64,000 bases of DNA from Mobula hypostoma. Lineage: Eukaryota. The position numbers were made by a program, and so were the translations under genes. A model generated the notes under the pieces. The model made no database searches. It was not told where the DNA came from and saw nothing but the letters and a program-made list of their open reading frames with translations. Positions 63,901 to 64,000 of this stretch are shown here, one piece after another. The first letter of the stretch is position 1. Every line of letters begins with the position of its first letter. The stretch covers positions 64,730,001 to 64,794,000 of the forward strand of contig NC_086108.1 of NCBI RefSeq assembly GCF_963921235.1, in the 5' to 3' direction.

Positions 63901-64000
63901 AACCTGTGATTTTGTAACTGTCACCTGAAAGCATTACACTCTTATCTTCCAGCTCTGATTCTCCAAGACTGATATTCTTTTGTTCGATGCATGTATGCTT

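Overview
Eukaryotic, AT-rich, CpG-depleted vertebrate DNA, mostly non-coding. The repeat mix suggests a cartilaginous fish, probably a ray (inference): CR1 and Rex1/Babar LINEs, GIY-YIG Penelope-like elements (PLEs), a V-SINE/HE1-like SINE and Deu-SINE-like relics. No complete host gene is visible; the best candidate is a last coding exon plus 3' UTR at ~12.56-13.45 kb. Much of 2.3-37 kb is comparatively repeat-poor and enhancer/CNE-like, while 37-60 kb is a dense transposon nest. The most distinctive signal is six fold-back (head-to-head inverted) PLE insertions of 150 bp to 1.8 kb. Five have 11-15 bp target-site duplications. One arm carries an extra 3' tail (41-61 nt where measured) that the other lacks. 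The arms contain a minimal type I hammerhead ribozyme motif (AGTC-CTGACGA-stem II-GAAAC-GTC-GACT). Also present: a decayed IR/DR-type Tc1, a truncated hAT (KIAA1586/ZNF862-like) element abutting a 99-bp hairpin and a mariner-like end, a near-full-length CR1 ORF2, YY1-motif clusters, and a coding-like island of unknown origin. Family names come from recalled motifs, not database searches.
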